From Blastocladiella emersonii ATCC 22665 (lineage: Eukaryota > Fungi > Blastocladiomycota): 64,000 bases of DNA. Position 1 is the stretch's first letter. The number at the start of each line of letters is the position of its first letter. This document shows, one piece after another, positions 12,114-23,473 of the stretch. The notes beneath the pieces were generated by a model. It did no database searches. It saw only the letters and a program-made list of their open reading frames with translations, and was not told the DNA's origin. The translations under genes and the position numbers were made by a program. Where the stretch lies: the NCBI GenBank assembly GCA_025594325.1, contig JANHCV010000006.1, positions 682,001 through 746,000 on the forward strand. The letters run 5' to 3'.

Positions 12114-13731
12114 TGCAGTACACGTGTAATGGTTGCTGTTGAGCGGGGCAGGGAGGGAGGGGAGAGAGAGAGGAACTCGGTCGCGCCGGGGGACCACACG
12201 CCGCCACCCCTGCGCCGCACCACAACTGAAAGCGTCAACGAGCAAGCCGCCCGTGTTGAGGACACCACGTGCCGCCATGCACGACCGTTGCGATGGGCTC
12301 TGACGTCCCCGGTTCCTGGGTGGCTGCCTCGGGGGCTTCGGGAAAGCGGCGTCCCTCTCAGCAACTCGGAGTTCTCGTCAACCCATTCGAAATCTCCGGC
12401 CCACAGTCAAGGAAGGACCTTGTGCACGAAGTGTTCAAAGACCTCCGCTGCGGCCTGACCCGCTACCCGACGGACTCCTCGCTCACGGCGAACGGCCGAG
12501 ACCAGGGCGGCCCTGCCGCTGGCCCTGCCGCGCCTCGACGCAACCAGCGGCTCCACCGGCAACGGCGGAAGAGGTCGCGGCAAAACGCCACGTGAGGAGC
12601 AGCTCACGTGCGCAATGCAGGTGGCTGAACGCGTGACGCGCGCGTTGGGTTTGGGGGCACATGGCGCAACGGGGGCGCGGAACCGAGTCACCGCCATCCG
12701 TGCGAGTGGTGCAGCGAGGGGAGCGAATTTTTCTTGATGAAGGACGGCGGCAGCGAAGCAGCGGTGCGCCGTGGCCGAGGAGCGGCGGGCGCGCGGGCGG
12801 TTCTCGCTCCCCGCATCGCAACCGCAGCGTGGGCCCACTCATCACCCCTCGCCGAGGTGACTCGGTTGCATCCACTCTCCCTCCCCCGCTCGCCGCCCGC
12901 CGCTCGCCCCGCACCCACGACCCCGCCGTCCGCGGAACACCCGTGTTCTCGCCTCGCCCGCGTTCCCACGGACCACGGTATGCGGCTCTCTTCCCCCGAT
13001 GAATGAGATGGATGCCTCGTTTGTCAGAAGCAGCACGCGCTTGTCCGCAAATACCTTCCATTTGCGGCTCATGGGCGCCCAATCACGGACCACGTCGCGC
13101 GCGCGCTGCGCCACAAGCGCGCCGCGCCCCGTAATCGGTCGCGGAGATGCTGCGCGTGCGCCATGGGTGCTGTGGCGGTGGCGCCTCGCCCACTGCATCC
13201 GCGTCGGCGCCCTGCCCGGCGTCTGCATCACATCGCAACTGCAATGGTCGCGAAGCGGGCGCGGTGGCGGCGCTGGTGGCGGCGGCCGCGAGACGCCTTG
13301 GCGATGGTGCATCGCGGCGGCGTCTAAGCCACCCGCCACTTGCGCGCACGCGACGCGTCCTTTGCCTTCGCGCCGCTTCCCATCCCCGGTTCGCTCCCTT
13401 CAAAAGGGACCCGTCGCTCGCTCCCTCCCTCTCACCCACTTGCCATCCGCGGACACGCGCCCTGCCCTTCATCCACTCCATCTGTAAGCCGCCCATCCGC
13501 CCTTGCCGTGCGACGGACAGTTCGCTAACCCTCATCCTGCCCATCGCGCGCAACCACCATCCCAGACACTCTTCTTGTGACTCGCATCGAACGCGGATTA
13601 CTCATCCTGGGTCACCCTCGTCCTTCCATCGGCCATCACGCGCTCCTGCCTTCGAGTCAACCCCCTCTCTCCTCCCCTTCCACCCTCCCGTAATCCAATC
13701 CATCCGCCGCTCCCGCCACCCGCGAGCCGCC

Positions 13732-16700
13732 ATGGATTTCGCCTCGTCGACCCCGTCCATCACCTCGTCGACGGCGCCGCCACCCGCCATCCAACCCGCG
13801 TCGCTGCGCGTGCGCCGCGCCATAGCCGCCGCTGCCGCCACGCCGTCGCCATCGCCATCGGCGTCCTCGGGCCTCTCGTGGCCGATGCCGTCGCATGAGC
13901 CGCTGCACGTCGACTGCTCGGGCAGCCTTCGTCAGCAGCAACCGTCTTTCCACGTCGGGTTCACGCCATCCGCCGCCCCCATCAGCAACAACAACAACGG
14001 CTACGGCGAGCGGCCATCGTCGGCGTTCGGCGCCGACACGGACGTGCCCATGACCGCCGCGACCGACATCCCCGATGCCGACTCGCCCGCGTCGTCGTCG
14101 CTGTCGATCCCGTCGTCGCTGCTCGGCCACCAGCAGCACCACCAGCAGTACCAGCGGATACACCACCGGCCGCAGGTGCGTCATTTCATTCCATCAGCGA
14201 TGATCCAGTTCGCGGCCATCGGGCTAACCTCTCGTGCTTCGCGGTAGCCCCTGAACCTCCGCCTGTGCAGCATCAACGCCATGGACCATCACCTGCACCA
14301 GCAGTACGCGTACCAGAACACGTACTCGCCGCCCGCCGGCATGGGTGCTCCGACCGAGATCTCCGCCGCCATCGCGACCACGACGACGACGCGCTCGGCC
14401 GCCGTCGACCTCGGCGTCCCCTCGCCCACCACCCCGCTCTTCTTCAATCCGACCGCACTCTCGCCCGGCGGCGACCTCGACCTCGACCAGTTCCCGCTCG
14501 CTGCCGCGCTCGAGGGCGGGTACTCGGCCACGGCTCCCATGGCGCCGCAGCATTACCAGCAGCCTGACCTGTACGCGAGCTCGATCCAGCAGCATCCCGC
14601 GCCGCCGGCCGCCCCCTCAACCATGCCGCACGGCACCGGGCAGCAGCAGTACCACCACCCGCGCGCGCGGACCACCTCGCTCACCTCGTCCAACTCGGCC
14701 TCGTCGCCCGTCTCGCCGCACTTCCGCGGCGTCTCGGCGCCCGGCCACCACCTGCTCGCCGCCCGCCGGTCCTCGCTCGGCCACCACCTGCACCCGATCC
14801 ACGCCCATCCGCACCCGCACCCGCACCCGCACTTTCATCACCCGTACGCGCGGCCCCAGCAGCTCGGCGTCTCGCCGCCCGCATCCCAGCAACAGCAGGT
14901 CCCGCGGTCGCCGATGCGCCCGTCCACCACCCTCAACGACTCGGACAGCGCCGCGGTCCTCGCCGCCATGGAGGACGCATACCTCAACTACCACGCCCAG
15001 TCGCAGGCGCACGCCCAGTCGCAGGCGCAGGCGCACGTCCAGTCGCAGGCGCACGCGCAGGCGCAGGCGCATGCACAGCAGCAGCAGTACCAGACCGAGA
15101 AGCCGCCCGAGTCGCCTGCCGATATCCCGCCCGCGTACCTCGCCGCGCCCGGCAGCTACCCGCACCCGCACCACCATCACCATGGGTACCTCGCCACCCG
15201 AGACGCAGGCGCGCTCGACTCGCCCGGCCTCCCGCTGTCGCCGCTCCCGCTGCAGATCCCGAGCAACGGCGGCGGGTACGGGTACGGGTACGGCACCAGT
15301 CCGCACGGCGCTGCGAGCTACGGCAGCACGTCGGGCCAGCTCCTCTCGCCCACGACCACCGCGCCCGCGGCCGCCGGCCCCGGCGGCTGGGGCACCACCA
15401 TGCCCATGACCCCGCTCGTCGACGCCTTCTCGGCGCTCCTGCCCATGTCGACGGGGCCCGCCCAGCTCGCACCCGAACCGCACCATTTCTCCGCGACCGC
15501 CGCCGTCTCGGGCTCGCACTCGCCGTCGCCGCTCGACGTGTCGTTCAGCGCCCGCTACGAGCCCACAGCCACGGCGCCGCCCGTCGCGATCCAGGTCACG
15601 GCGTCCGACGACTCGATCAGCCCGCTGCTCGGCAGCTCCCAGGGCGCCGGCGCCAGCGTGTCGTTCAACCCGGACCCGCCGCGCGTCGCGCCCGGCTCGC
15701 TCGCGTCCGCCATCATCCCGCCCGAGCAGCTCCAGCCGCCGCCTCAGCAGCAGGGGCTCCGCACCGTCACGCACGCGTTCGGGTTCCACCCCTCCACGAC
15801 CGCGACCTCGTCGGCCTCCTCATCCGCCTCGCCCACATTTCCGACGAGCCCATCCGCCGCCGCCTCGGCCGCGTCCGCGTTCACGGCGTCCGTCATGCGG
15901 CAGCAGATGCTCCGCCAACAACAACAGACGGCGTCGTGGGCCGCGCCGCTCGGCCACGCACTCGACCCCGCCGTCGCCTACTTTGGCGGCCAACGCCGCG
16001 CATCCGTCATCGGCGGCGTCGGGCTCCTCTCGCCCGTTCCCGTCCCCGCGGCCGCGCCCGGCGCCGGGTTTGTGAGCCCGCCGGACCTGTACGCGCGGAA
16101 TGCGGCGGCGGCGGCGGCTGCTGCGGCCGCGGCTTCGGCTGCCTCGTCGTCGCCGGCCGTGGCGGGGAGCGGCAGCGGCGCTGGGTACAGCAACCTGAGC
16201 TTCGGGATCGCCCAGGCCCAGGCGCAGGCGCTGGCGCAGGCGCAGCAGCGCGTGCAGATCCAGCAACAGCAGGCGCAGATGCACGCCGAACACTACCAGC
16301 AGCAGCGCCGCCTCTCGGCCGCCGAAGCCTCGCTCGACCTCCTCCGCCGCCAGAACGCCGCCGCCGCCGCGGCCGCGGCTGCCGCCTTGCAGCAGCACCC
16401 GGCGGCCGACTCGCCGCCCGCGGGGCTCGGGCTCGGTAACCCCGCGCCGCACCTCCTCGGCACCGACCACGCCGATCTCCGCACCGCGGTCCCGTCGCCA
16501 CTCTCGATGTCGGCGCCCGTCGCGTCGCGGTTCACCCTCCGCCAGCAGCAGCCTGTGGTGCCGAGTATGGCGCCGCCGCCGCAACAGCAGCAGCGGGTGG
16601 ACGAGGGCGCCGCGCCCGCGGCGGATCCTCGCTCGCTGTTCGCCCCGCCGCTGCCGCTCCCGCTGGTCCCCGCGCAGCAGCAGCGCGAGGAGCATGAGCA

Positions 16701-17454
16701 GCTCGAGCAGCTGCCCGTTGAGTCGGTCCGCGGCACCGGGAGCACAACCGCGGCGGGCGGCAAGTCGTTGTCATCGGCGCGCGGCACGCTCCTCTCGTCG
16801 TCGGTCGTCTCGTCGCAGCCGGTCTACGCCGCCGCCACTCTGCTGGCGCCAGCGTCGCAGTCGCAGTCGCAGCCGAAGCCGCACCGCGCGGCGCGCACAC
16901 GTACGCGCTCGCACCCCGCGCCCGTCCCCTCCTCTTCCTCCACCACCACCACCTCCACCGCGCCCACCTCGGGCCCGTTCGTGTGCGACAAGTGCAAGAA
17001 GACGTTCACGCGCGCCTTTAACCTCAAGTCGCACCTGAAGACGCACACGCACGAGCGGCCCTTCGAGTGCACCTGGCCGCACTGCACGAAAGCGTTTGCC
17101 CGGAAACACGACTGTCTCCGCCACATGCGCATCCACACGTCGGTCTCGGCCAGACGCCCGCTCGCGTGCCCCGCGCCCGCGTGCACGCGCCGCTTCGCCC
17201 GCGACGCGGCGCTCAACCGGCATCTCCGCGAGAGCGCCGAGTGCGCGGAGGTCGCCGAGCGGATCGCGGCTGACCCGGAGGCGCAGCGGCGGCGGATCGA
17301 GGGGGGCGGGGTGCTCGAGGAGGAGGATGAAGAAGATGATTATGACGAGGAGGACGACGACGGGCACGAGCACGCGTTCGACTTCGAGCGCGGTGGCCAC
17401 GGCGGCCACGGCCACGACCACGGTGGCCACGGCCAGCACCACCTCGCGCTCTGA
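13732..17454 (+). CDS. CRZ1: Crz1-like C2H2 zinc-finger transcription factor with long Q/H/A/S-rich region
   Basis: Three fingers: CDKCKKTFTRAFNLKSHLKTH-ERPF-CTWPHCTKAFARKHDCLRHMRIH and CPAPACTRRFARDAALNRH, matching the Crz1 TRAYNLRSH/FARQHD/FARADAL pattern. Intron 14176-14247 (branch CTAAC at 14224) joins the 13732 ATG in frame. Orthology is inferred. Confidence 0.8.
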
Positions 17455-17601
17455 CGACCGCCGCCACTGTACATTTCCCTTTCACCCTCACGTTTACCTG
17501 TATCCCCAACCCGTCCATCCCATCCCTTCATCATCAATGTCTCTCCCTCCAATCCGTCGGCTTCTTCTCCGTGTATAAATCTTTTGACCCGTCTGTCTAC
17601 T

Positions 17602-20600
17602 CTACTTCCGCGCCCGCGCCTTGCCCTTGCCCTTGCCCCTGAGCGACGACGCGGACGACTGCCGCGACAAATCCTTGGCCGGCTGTTGCTGCGGCGGCTC
17701 CTCGACCGCCGCGGCAGCGGGAACCTCGCCGTCGGTGGTGGAGACCACTGAGTCCTCGGACGCCACGAGCGAGAAGGAGCCAGGGAGCTTGGCGCGCGGC
17801 GTCGTTGCCTCTTCCTCGGGGGCCGTCGCGGAGAAGCCGGACAGGTCGATCGTGATGCCCTCGCTGAGCACCGGGTGCTCAGTCGCCGCCGCCGCCGTAG
17901 CCGCCGTAGCCGCCGTAGCCGCGGCCGCAGCCTCGGCCGCCTGCGCGCCGCCGTCCGCGGCAAACATGGCCTCGAGCTTGCGGTAATGCGCGAGCTCCGC
18001 GCTCGACACGGACGGCGTGAGCGCCTTCGCAGCCGCAGCAAAATCGTCCGCCGTGACGAGCAGCTCCTCCCCCTTCCCCGCCTCGCCGCGCTCACGCGCG
18101 CGGATCGTGCGCGTCAGGGCGTGCAGCATGGCGTCGGACCCGAGCGCGTACGTGTCGGCGCCGGTGAGCGTGAGCGGGAGCGGGATCGCGCCGACGACGT
18201 CGTCGATCCGCGTGTCCGGGTGCAGGGGGAACTTGCGGGTGACGGCGCGCAGGACGGTGGCGAGCTCGGCGTGGGTGCGCGGCACGTCGAGGAAGACGAG
18301 CTTGTCAAACCGGCCGGGCCGCAGGAGCGCCGGGTCGAGGAGGTCCGGCCGGTTCGTCGCGCCCATGACGAACACATCCCCAGAAAGCTCGTCGAGCTCG
18401 GCGAGCAGCTGCGCGACGATCCGGTCCATGACCCCACCCGCGTCGCCCTTCTCGCCGCGCTTGGGGGCCACGCTGTCGAGCTCGTCGAAGAAGATGACGG
18501 CGGGCGCGGCGTCGCGCGCGCGTGCAAAGATGCGCCGCACGTTGGCCTCGGACTCGCCGACGTACATGTTGATGAGCTCGGGGCCTTTCACGGAAAGGAA
18601 ATTGAGCTGGCACTCGGTAGCCACGGCTTTCGCGATATGCGTCTTGCCCGTGCCCGGCGGCCCGTACAGCAGCACGCCCGACCGCCGCTTGAGCCCCGCG
18701 GCAAACAGCTCGGGCCGCTGCAGCGGCAGCTGCACCGTGGCCAGGATCTCGCGCTTCACGTGCTCGAGCCCGCCCACGTCCGACCACTGCACCCGCGGGA
18801 TCCGCGGCGTCCCCTGCACGCTCGCCGTGTGCGCCCGGTGCGTGTCGAGCGCGCGCGAGATCGCTGGCCACGTCAGGACGCGGGTCACCGAGGTGGAAGG
18901 CGGCGGGAGCGCCGTGTCCACGACCTGCGCGAGATCGCGCACCGTGAGCGCCGCGGTATGCGCGGCCACGTCCGCGGGCCGCACGCCGAGCGCGGCCCCC
19001 GCGCGCGCCGTGAGGTACGGCACCAGCGCCGCGCGCTGTGCGTGGTCCGGCACACCGACCTCGAGCACGTGCGCGAACGGGCGCCGCAGGTCGCCGGGCA
19101 CGCCGTCGATATCGTCGGCGAGCGCGACGAGGACACGCGCGGAATTGCCGTGCGTCAGCGCGTACACGAGCGCGGCGCGCGCCGCGGGCGTCGTCCCCTT
19201 GGCCCACACGTCGAGCCGCGTCACGACCGGGACCACGACGGCTTCGGCAGGGAGCCCCGCGAGCCACGCAGCCGCGCGGTCCGCGACCGCCTTGGCGTCG
19301 CGCGGCCAGTCGCTCGCGTCGGCCGTGACCCCCGCGGCCCCAACCGCCGCCGCCGCGGACATGGCGAGGGTCCGCTTCCCGGCGCCCGCCGGCCCGTGGG
19401 CCAGGATACACGTCGGGTTCGGGGTGCGCGGACCCAGGAGCGCGGTGCGGACGAGGGCGAGGAGCGGGTGGCCGCGGACGTGCGGCATGCCGCCGCGTGG
19501 GACGGTGGCGGGCGGCGGGACGCGTGCGGGGACGACGCCTGCTTGGACGAGCCGGGTCGCGGGGGTCACGGCGTACTCGGTGTCGGTTTTCGAAGTAGCG
19601 GCGATGTGCGTCACGGTGAACCACACGGTCGCGGACGCGCGCGCGGGGGCGGTGCCCGCGAGGACGGACTCGGGGTCCTCCTCGGCCTCCCCCTCTTCCT
19701 CCTCGCTGTCGTCAGCAACGATATCCGCCGTAACCACGCCCGAATGCCTCGCCATCCGCGCGCGCGCGACCGCGCCGCCCGTGACGCGGACGGGCACGAC
19801 GTCGCCGACCTTGATGTGCGGCGCGCTCTTAGCCCACTCCACGAGGCGCGGCTGGCACGCGTCGAGGACGTGCGCCTTGTCGGCGCCGGGCGCCCACACG
19901 AGCGCGAGGTGCACGGCGTCGGCGGGCGGGAGCAACGAGCGCAGCGACGGGGACACGTCGAGCGCCGGATGGTCGGGCGCCGCTCCCGAAAGATCGTCGG
20001 TGTCGGTCGTCCACCGCGGGGACAGGCCCAGGTGAAACGCCGCGACGGCGGTCACGGCGGCCGGGTGCGCCCACCGCGCGACGGCCAGGCGGAAGTGCCG
20101 CGTCGGCTTGCCGTCATCGCTGCTGCCGAGGCGGACGGCGACGAGCGCGCCGGGTTTGATGGCGGGGCCGAGCGACGCGTGCACGGCGGGCGAGACGTAA
20201 AGCGTGTGGTGTGGCGACGACGTCTCTTCTTCCGTAAACGGCGCCGTGTCAACGACCCAGACGGGACACGCGACACGGCTCGCGGCGGTCCACAGGGTGC
20301 CGTCAAAGGCGCCGGCGGCGCACGCGCGCCACAGGAGGGCCGGGTCAACGGACGGCGTGGCCGCGACGGGCCACTTGGCGGCCTCCTCGTCGAGGGACCA
20401 CGCAACGGGGCGTTTGGGAGAGGTGGCGCGCTTGACGAGCACCACGCGCGTCTTGGCGCCCACGCGGCCCTGCAGGTACGGCGCGGTGCCGACGGCGTCG
20501 CCCAGGCCGCGCGTCACGATCTCGCCGAACAGGTCCATGCGGTAGTCTATAGTGCGCGTCGAGTCGTTAGAGTTCGCGCGTAGCGTGTCGGTCTACAGGG

Positions 20601-20981
20601 CAGCGTACCATCGGGCGACTTGGTCGCGTACTCCTCCTCCGAAACCGCGAGGACCAGGGTATCCAGCGTCGGCAACGCGCTCACCTCGACGGGCTCGGCG
20701 ACCGCCGTCGGCCGCCAGTCATACTGGGTGATCCCGAGCGCGCGCAGCAGGCACGGCGGGACCGTGAGCGTGTCGGCATCCTCGGCATCGAGTACAAAGA
20801 CGACGGCGCGCGGGAACGCGAGCGGCGGCGGGCGCGGGACGAGCGCGAAGGTCGAAGCGGCGAGATCGACGGCGACGGCGCGCAGCGGCGGATCGAACGA
20901 GGCCGGCGCCGTCAGCGCGTGCGCCTCGGAGCGGGTGTTGTTGAGGACGACGCGCAGGGTGCGCGTGGCGGGGTCATTCAT
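17602..20981 (-). CDS. PEX6: Peroxisomal AAA ATPase Pex6
   Basis: D2 domain PRIPRVQWSDVGGL...RSGVLLYGPPGTGKT...FLSVKGPELINMYVGESEANVR..FFDELDSVAPKRGEKGDAGGVMDRIVAQLLAELD; degenerate D1 (GPAGAGKRT); one intron near 20547-20612. Confidence 0.93.
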
Positions 20982-21186
20982 GGTTGGTGTGATTCATATG
21001 GCCCGGAAGGCGCGGAGGAGAGAGGGCAAGCGAGAAACGCGGGCGCCGCTTGACGTCAGAGAGGCGCGCGGCGCCCTCGGCGATCCGTCAGGTGACGCCC
21101 GCGCGCTTTCTCCCTTCCTCTCCTCTGCAAGTCCCTGCCTATCGGATTACGCCCTCCCTCTCTCCTCCCCCATCACCGCCGCCAAA

Positions 21187-22794
21187 ATGATGGCCACGAC
21201 TACCATGGAACCCACCGCATCCGCGGCCGCGGCCTCCGAGCCGGCGCCCAAGTTCAGCGTGCTCGACACGCGCGCGCTCGAGGCGGCGCTCGCCGAGGCC
21301 GGCGTCAAGGCGGTCCCGCACGCCGAGAACATCCAGCGGCACCTGGTCCTCACCGCGGCGGCCTCGCCCGACGTCGATCCCGACACGCTCGACTGGGCCG
21401 CCGTCCCGAACCTGCCCAAGCGCGCCGTGGCGCTGCTCCGCGACCGCGCCGCGCTCGCCACCGAGGTCGCCGAGACCACGCACTCGGCCGACGGGAACAC
21501 CACCAAGCTGCTCGTGCGGCTGCGCCGGTCCGGCGCGCTGATTGAGACGGTCGTCATGCACTACGACCGCCTCAACACCCACGTCGACCCGAGCCAGGAG
21601 CCCGGGCCCGTCGCGACGATTCTGAACGAGGATGACGACGAGGCTTCGGGTTCGGCTCCCGCGACGCCGACCACGGTCACTGCGCCCAAGCAGACGAAGC
21701 GCAACCTCAAGCCGCGCACGGCCGTGTGCATCAGCTCGCAGGTCGGGTGCAAGATGGCGTGCAGCTTCTGCGCCACGGGCACCATGGGGTTCAAGGCGCA
21801 CCTGACGCCCGCCGAGATCGCCGAGCAGGTGTTCCACGCCAACCGCGTGCGCAAGGTCAACTCGGTCATCTGCATGGGCATGGGCGAGGGCTTTGACAAC
21901 TACGACAATTTGGTCGCGGCGATCCGGTGCATGACCAACCGCCGCCTGTTCGGCCTCGGCGAGTCGTCCATCTGCGTGTCGACGGTCGGCGTCGTGTCCA
22001 AGATGCGCCAGATCACCGTCGACCTGCCCAACGTCAAGCTCGCCCTGAGCCTACACGCGCCCAACCAGCGCCTGCGCAACGAGATCGTGCCCTCGGCCAA
22101 GGTTTACCCGCTCGACCGCCTCATGGACGCCGTCGACGAGTACCTGACGCGCCAGAAGCGCATCATGATCGAGTACATCCTGATCCGCAACATCAACGTC
22201 GCCCCGGAAACCGCCCACGAGCTCGGCGAGCTCCTCAAGGACCGCAGCGTCATCCTCAACCTCATCCCCTACAACCCGACCGACACGGGCAAGCGCTACG
22301 AGGCGCCCACGCCCGAGGAGATTGACGAGTTTGACCGCATCCTCCGCGTCGAGTACAAGGTCCGCACCACGGTCCGACGCACCATGGGACAGGATATCGA
22401 CGGCGCGTGCGGCCAGCTCGTCGTCAACGCGCTCCGCAACGAGATCGATAAGCCCGACGACGGGTGTGGGTCGTCGACGTCGCCCGCCGCGGGGCAGGAT
22501 ATGGAGGACCTGCTCGCCGCGGGTAAGTCGGTGGCGGCGGGCGCCGCAGTCAAGCGCGGCCGCGTGACCCGGCGCATCATCGAGGTCGAGCCCGAGACTA
22601 CCGCTGAGGAGGAGGTCGCCGCTGCTGACCCAACACCGGCCGCCGCCGACGAGGAGTCGCCGCGCGAGCCTGCCTCGGGCAGCAGCAGCGGCGAGCCGTC
22701 GCCGACCGACTGGATCCCGACGGCGCTGATCGCGCTCGGCGGCGTGCTCGTCGCGCGGCTCGCGTGGAAGCTCGTCACCCGCCGCCGGAGATGA
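21187..22794 (+). CDS. rlmN: RlmN/Cfr-family class A radical-SAM RNA methyltransferase with C-terminal transmembrane tail
   Basis: Motifs DGNTTKLL, IETV, CISSQVGCKMACSFC (CxxxCxxC), MGMGE, VSTVG, LALSLHAP, IEYIL, NLIPYNP and DIDGACGQL; C-terminal WIPTALIALGGVLVARLAWKLVTRRRR. Confidence 0.92.
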   Translation: MMATTTMEPTASAAAASEPAPKFSVLDTRALEAALAEAGVKAVPHAENIQRHLVLTAAASPDVDPDTLDWAAVPNLPKRAVALLRDRAALATEVAETTHSADGNTTKLLVRLRRSGALIETVVMHYDRLNTHVDPSQEPGPVATILNEDDDEASGSAPATPTTVTAPKQTKRNLKPRTAVCISSQVGCKMACSFCATGTMGFKAHLTPAEIAEQVFHANRVRKVNSVICMGMGEGFDNYDNLVAAIRCMTNRRLFGLGESSICVSTVGVVSKMRQITVDLPNVKLALSLHAPNQRLRNEIVPSAKVYPLDRLMDAVDEYLTRQKRIMIEYILIRNINVAPETAHELGELLKDRSVILNLIPYNPTDTGKRYEAPTPEEIDEFDRILRVEYKVRTTVRRTMGQDIDGACGQLVVNALRNEIDKPDDGCGSSTSPAAGQDMEDLLAAGKSVAAGAAVKRGRVTRRIIEVEPETTAEEEVAAADPTPAAADEESPREPASGSSSGEPSPTDWIPTALIALGGVLVARLAWKLVTRRRR

Positions 22795-22895
22795 TCGCAC
22801 GAGGGAGAGATCTCGCCAATACACATACTATTCGGACTACTACTAAAAGCTAAACGGAATGATATGAAAGAAATTGTACACCCAGGAGCGCTAGT

Positions 22896-23201
22896 TCACG
22901 CCCACGGCTTGGCCTTGATGGCGTCCCCGACGACCTTGAACCCGTCGAACGGCTTGCGCGCGGCGTTGAGGTTCTTGATGGCCTGCTTGGGCGACAGGCC
23001 CTTGGGCACGGCCACGTTCTCGACGGCCACCAGCTCCTTGAGCTCGAGGATGTTGCCCGCCGAGTTCGGGCTCACGGGAAGCAGCACCGACTTATGCAGC
23101 CGCGTCAGGCCCATGGCCCGCGCGTACGCCTTGGTCTTCTCCGGCAGCCCGATCGTCGACCGCTGCAGCGTCACGCGGTAGAACAGCTGGGTCGCGGACA
23201 T
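22896..23201 (-). CDS. MRPL33: Mitochondrial ribosomal protein uL30m (yeast MrpL33-like)
   Basis: FYRVTLQRSTIGLP...MGL.R..KSV..PVSP..AGNILELKELVAVE. Confidence 0.88.
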   Translation of the reverse strand: MSATQLFYRVTLQRSTIGLPEKTKAYARAMGLTRLHKSVLLPVSPNSAGNILELKELVAVENVAVPKGLSPKQAIKNLNAARKPFDGFKVVGDAIKAKPWA

Positions 23202-23473
23202 TTTTGGGGGAATGTTGCGGGGAGTGGTTGATGCGTGGCAGTTACGTTGCGGCGAGTGGCCTTGCGATTATGGCGGAGACATGGGAGAGTGATCGTCGAG
23301 GCGCAGCGTTTGTCTCCGGCCCGTGCGCCGCATCAGCTGACCGCACGCCACCCCGTCGCGCGACGCGTCTCGGGCCTTGGACGCGGGGCCCGGCTGGTCG
23401 ATCGCCCTGTCTCTCGCCCGCCCTCGTTTCCACTTGACCCACCCGCACTCACACGCGCATGTAACCAAACACG

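Noticed and set aside
14176-14280. Apparent out-of-frame splice between the 13732 ORF and the zinc-finger ORF (possible uORF)
   Set aside because: The TAG acceptor at 14245-14247, with branch CTAAC at 14224, gives an in-frame join.
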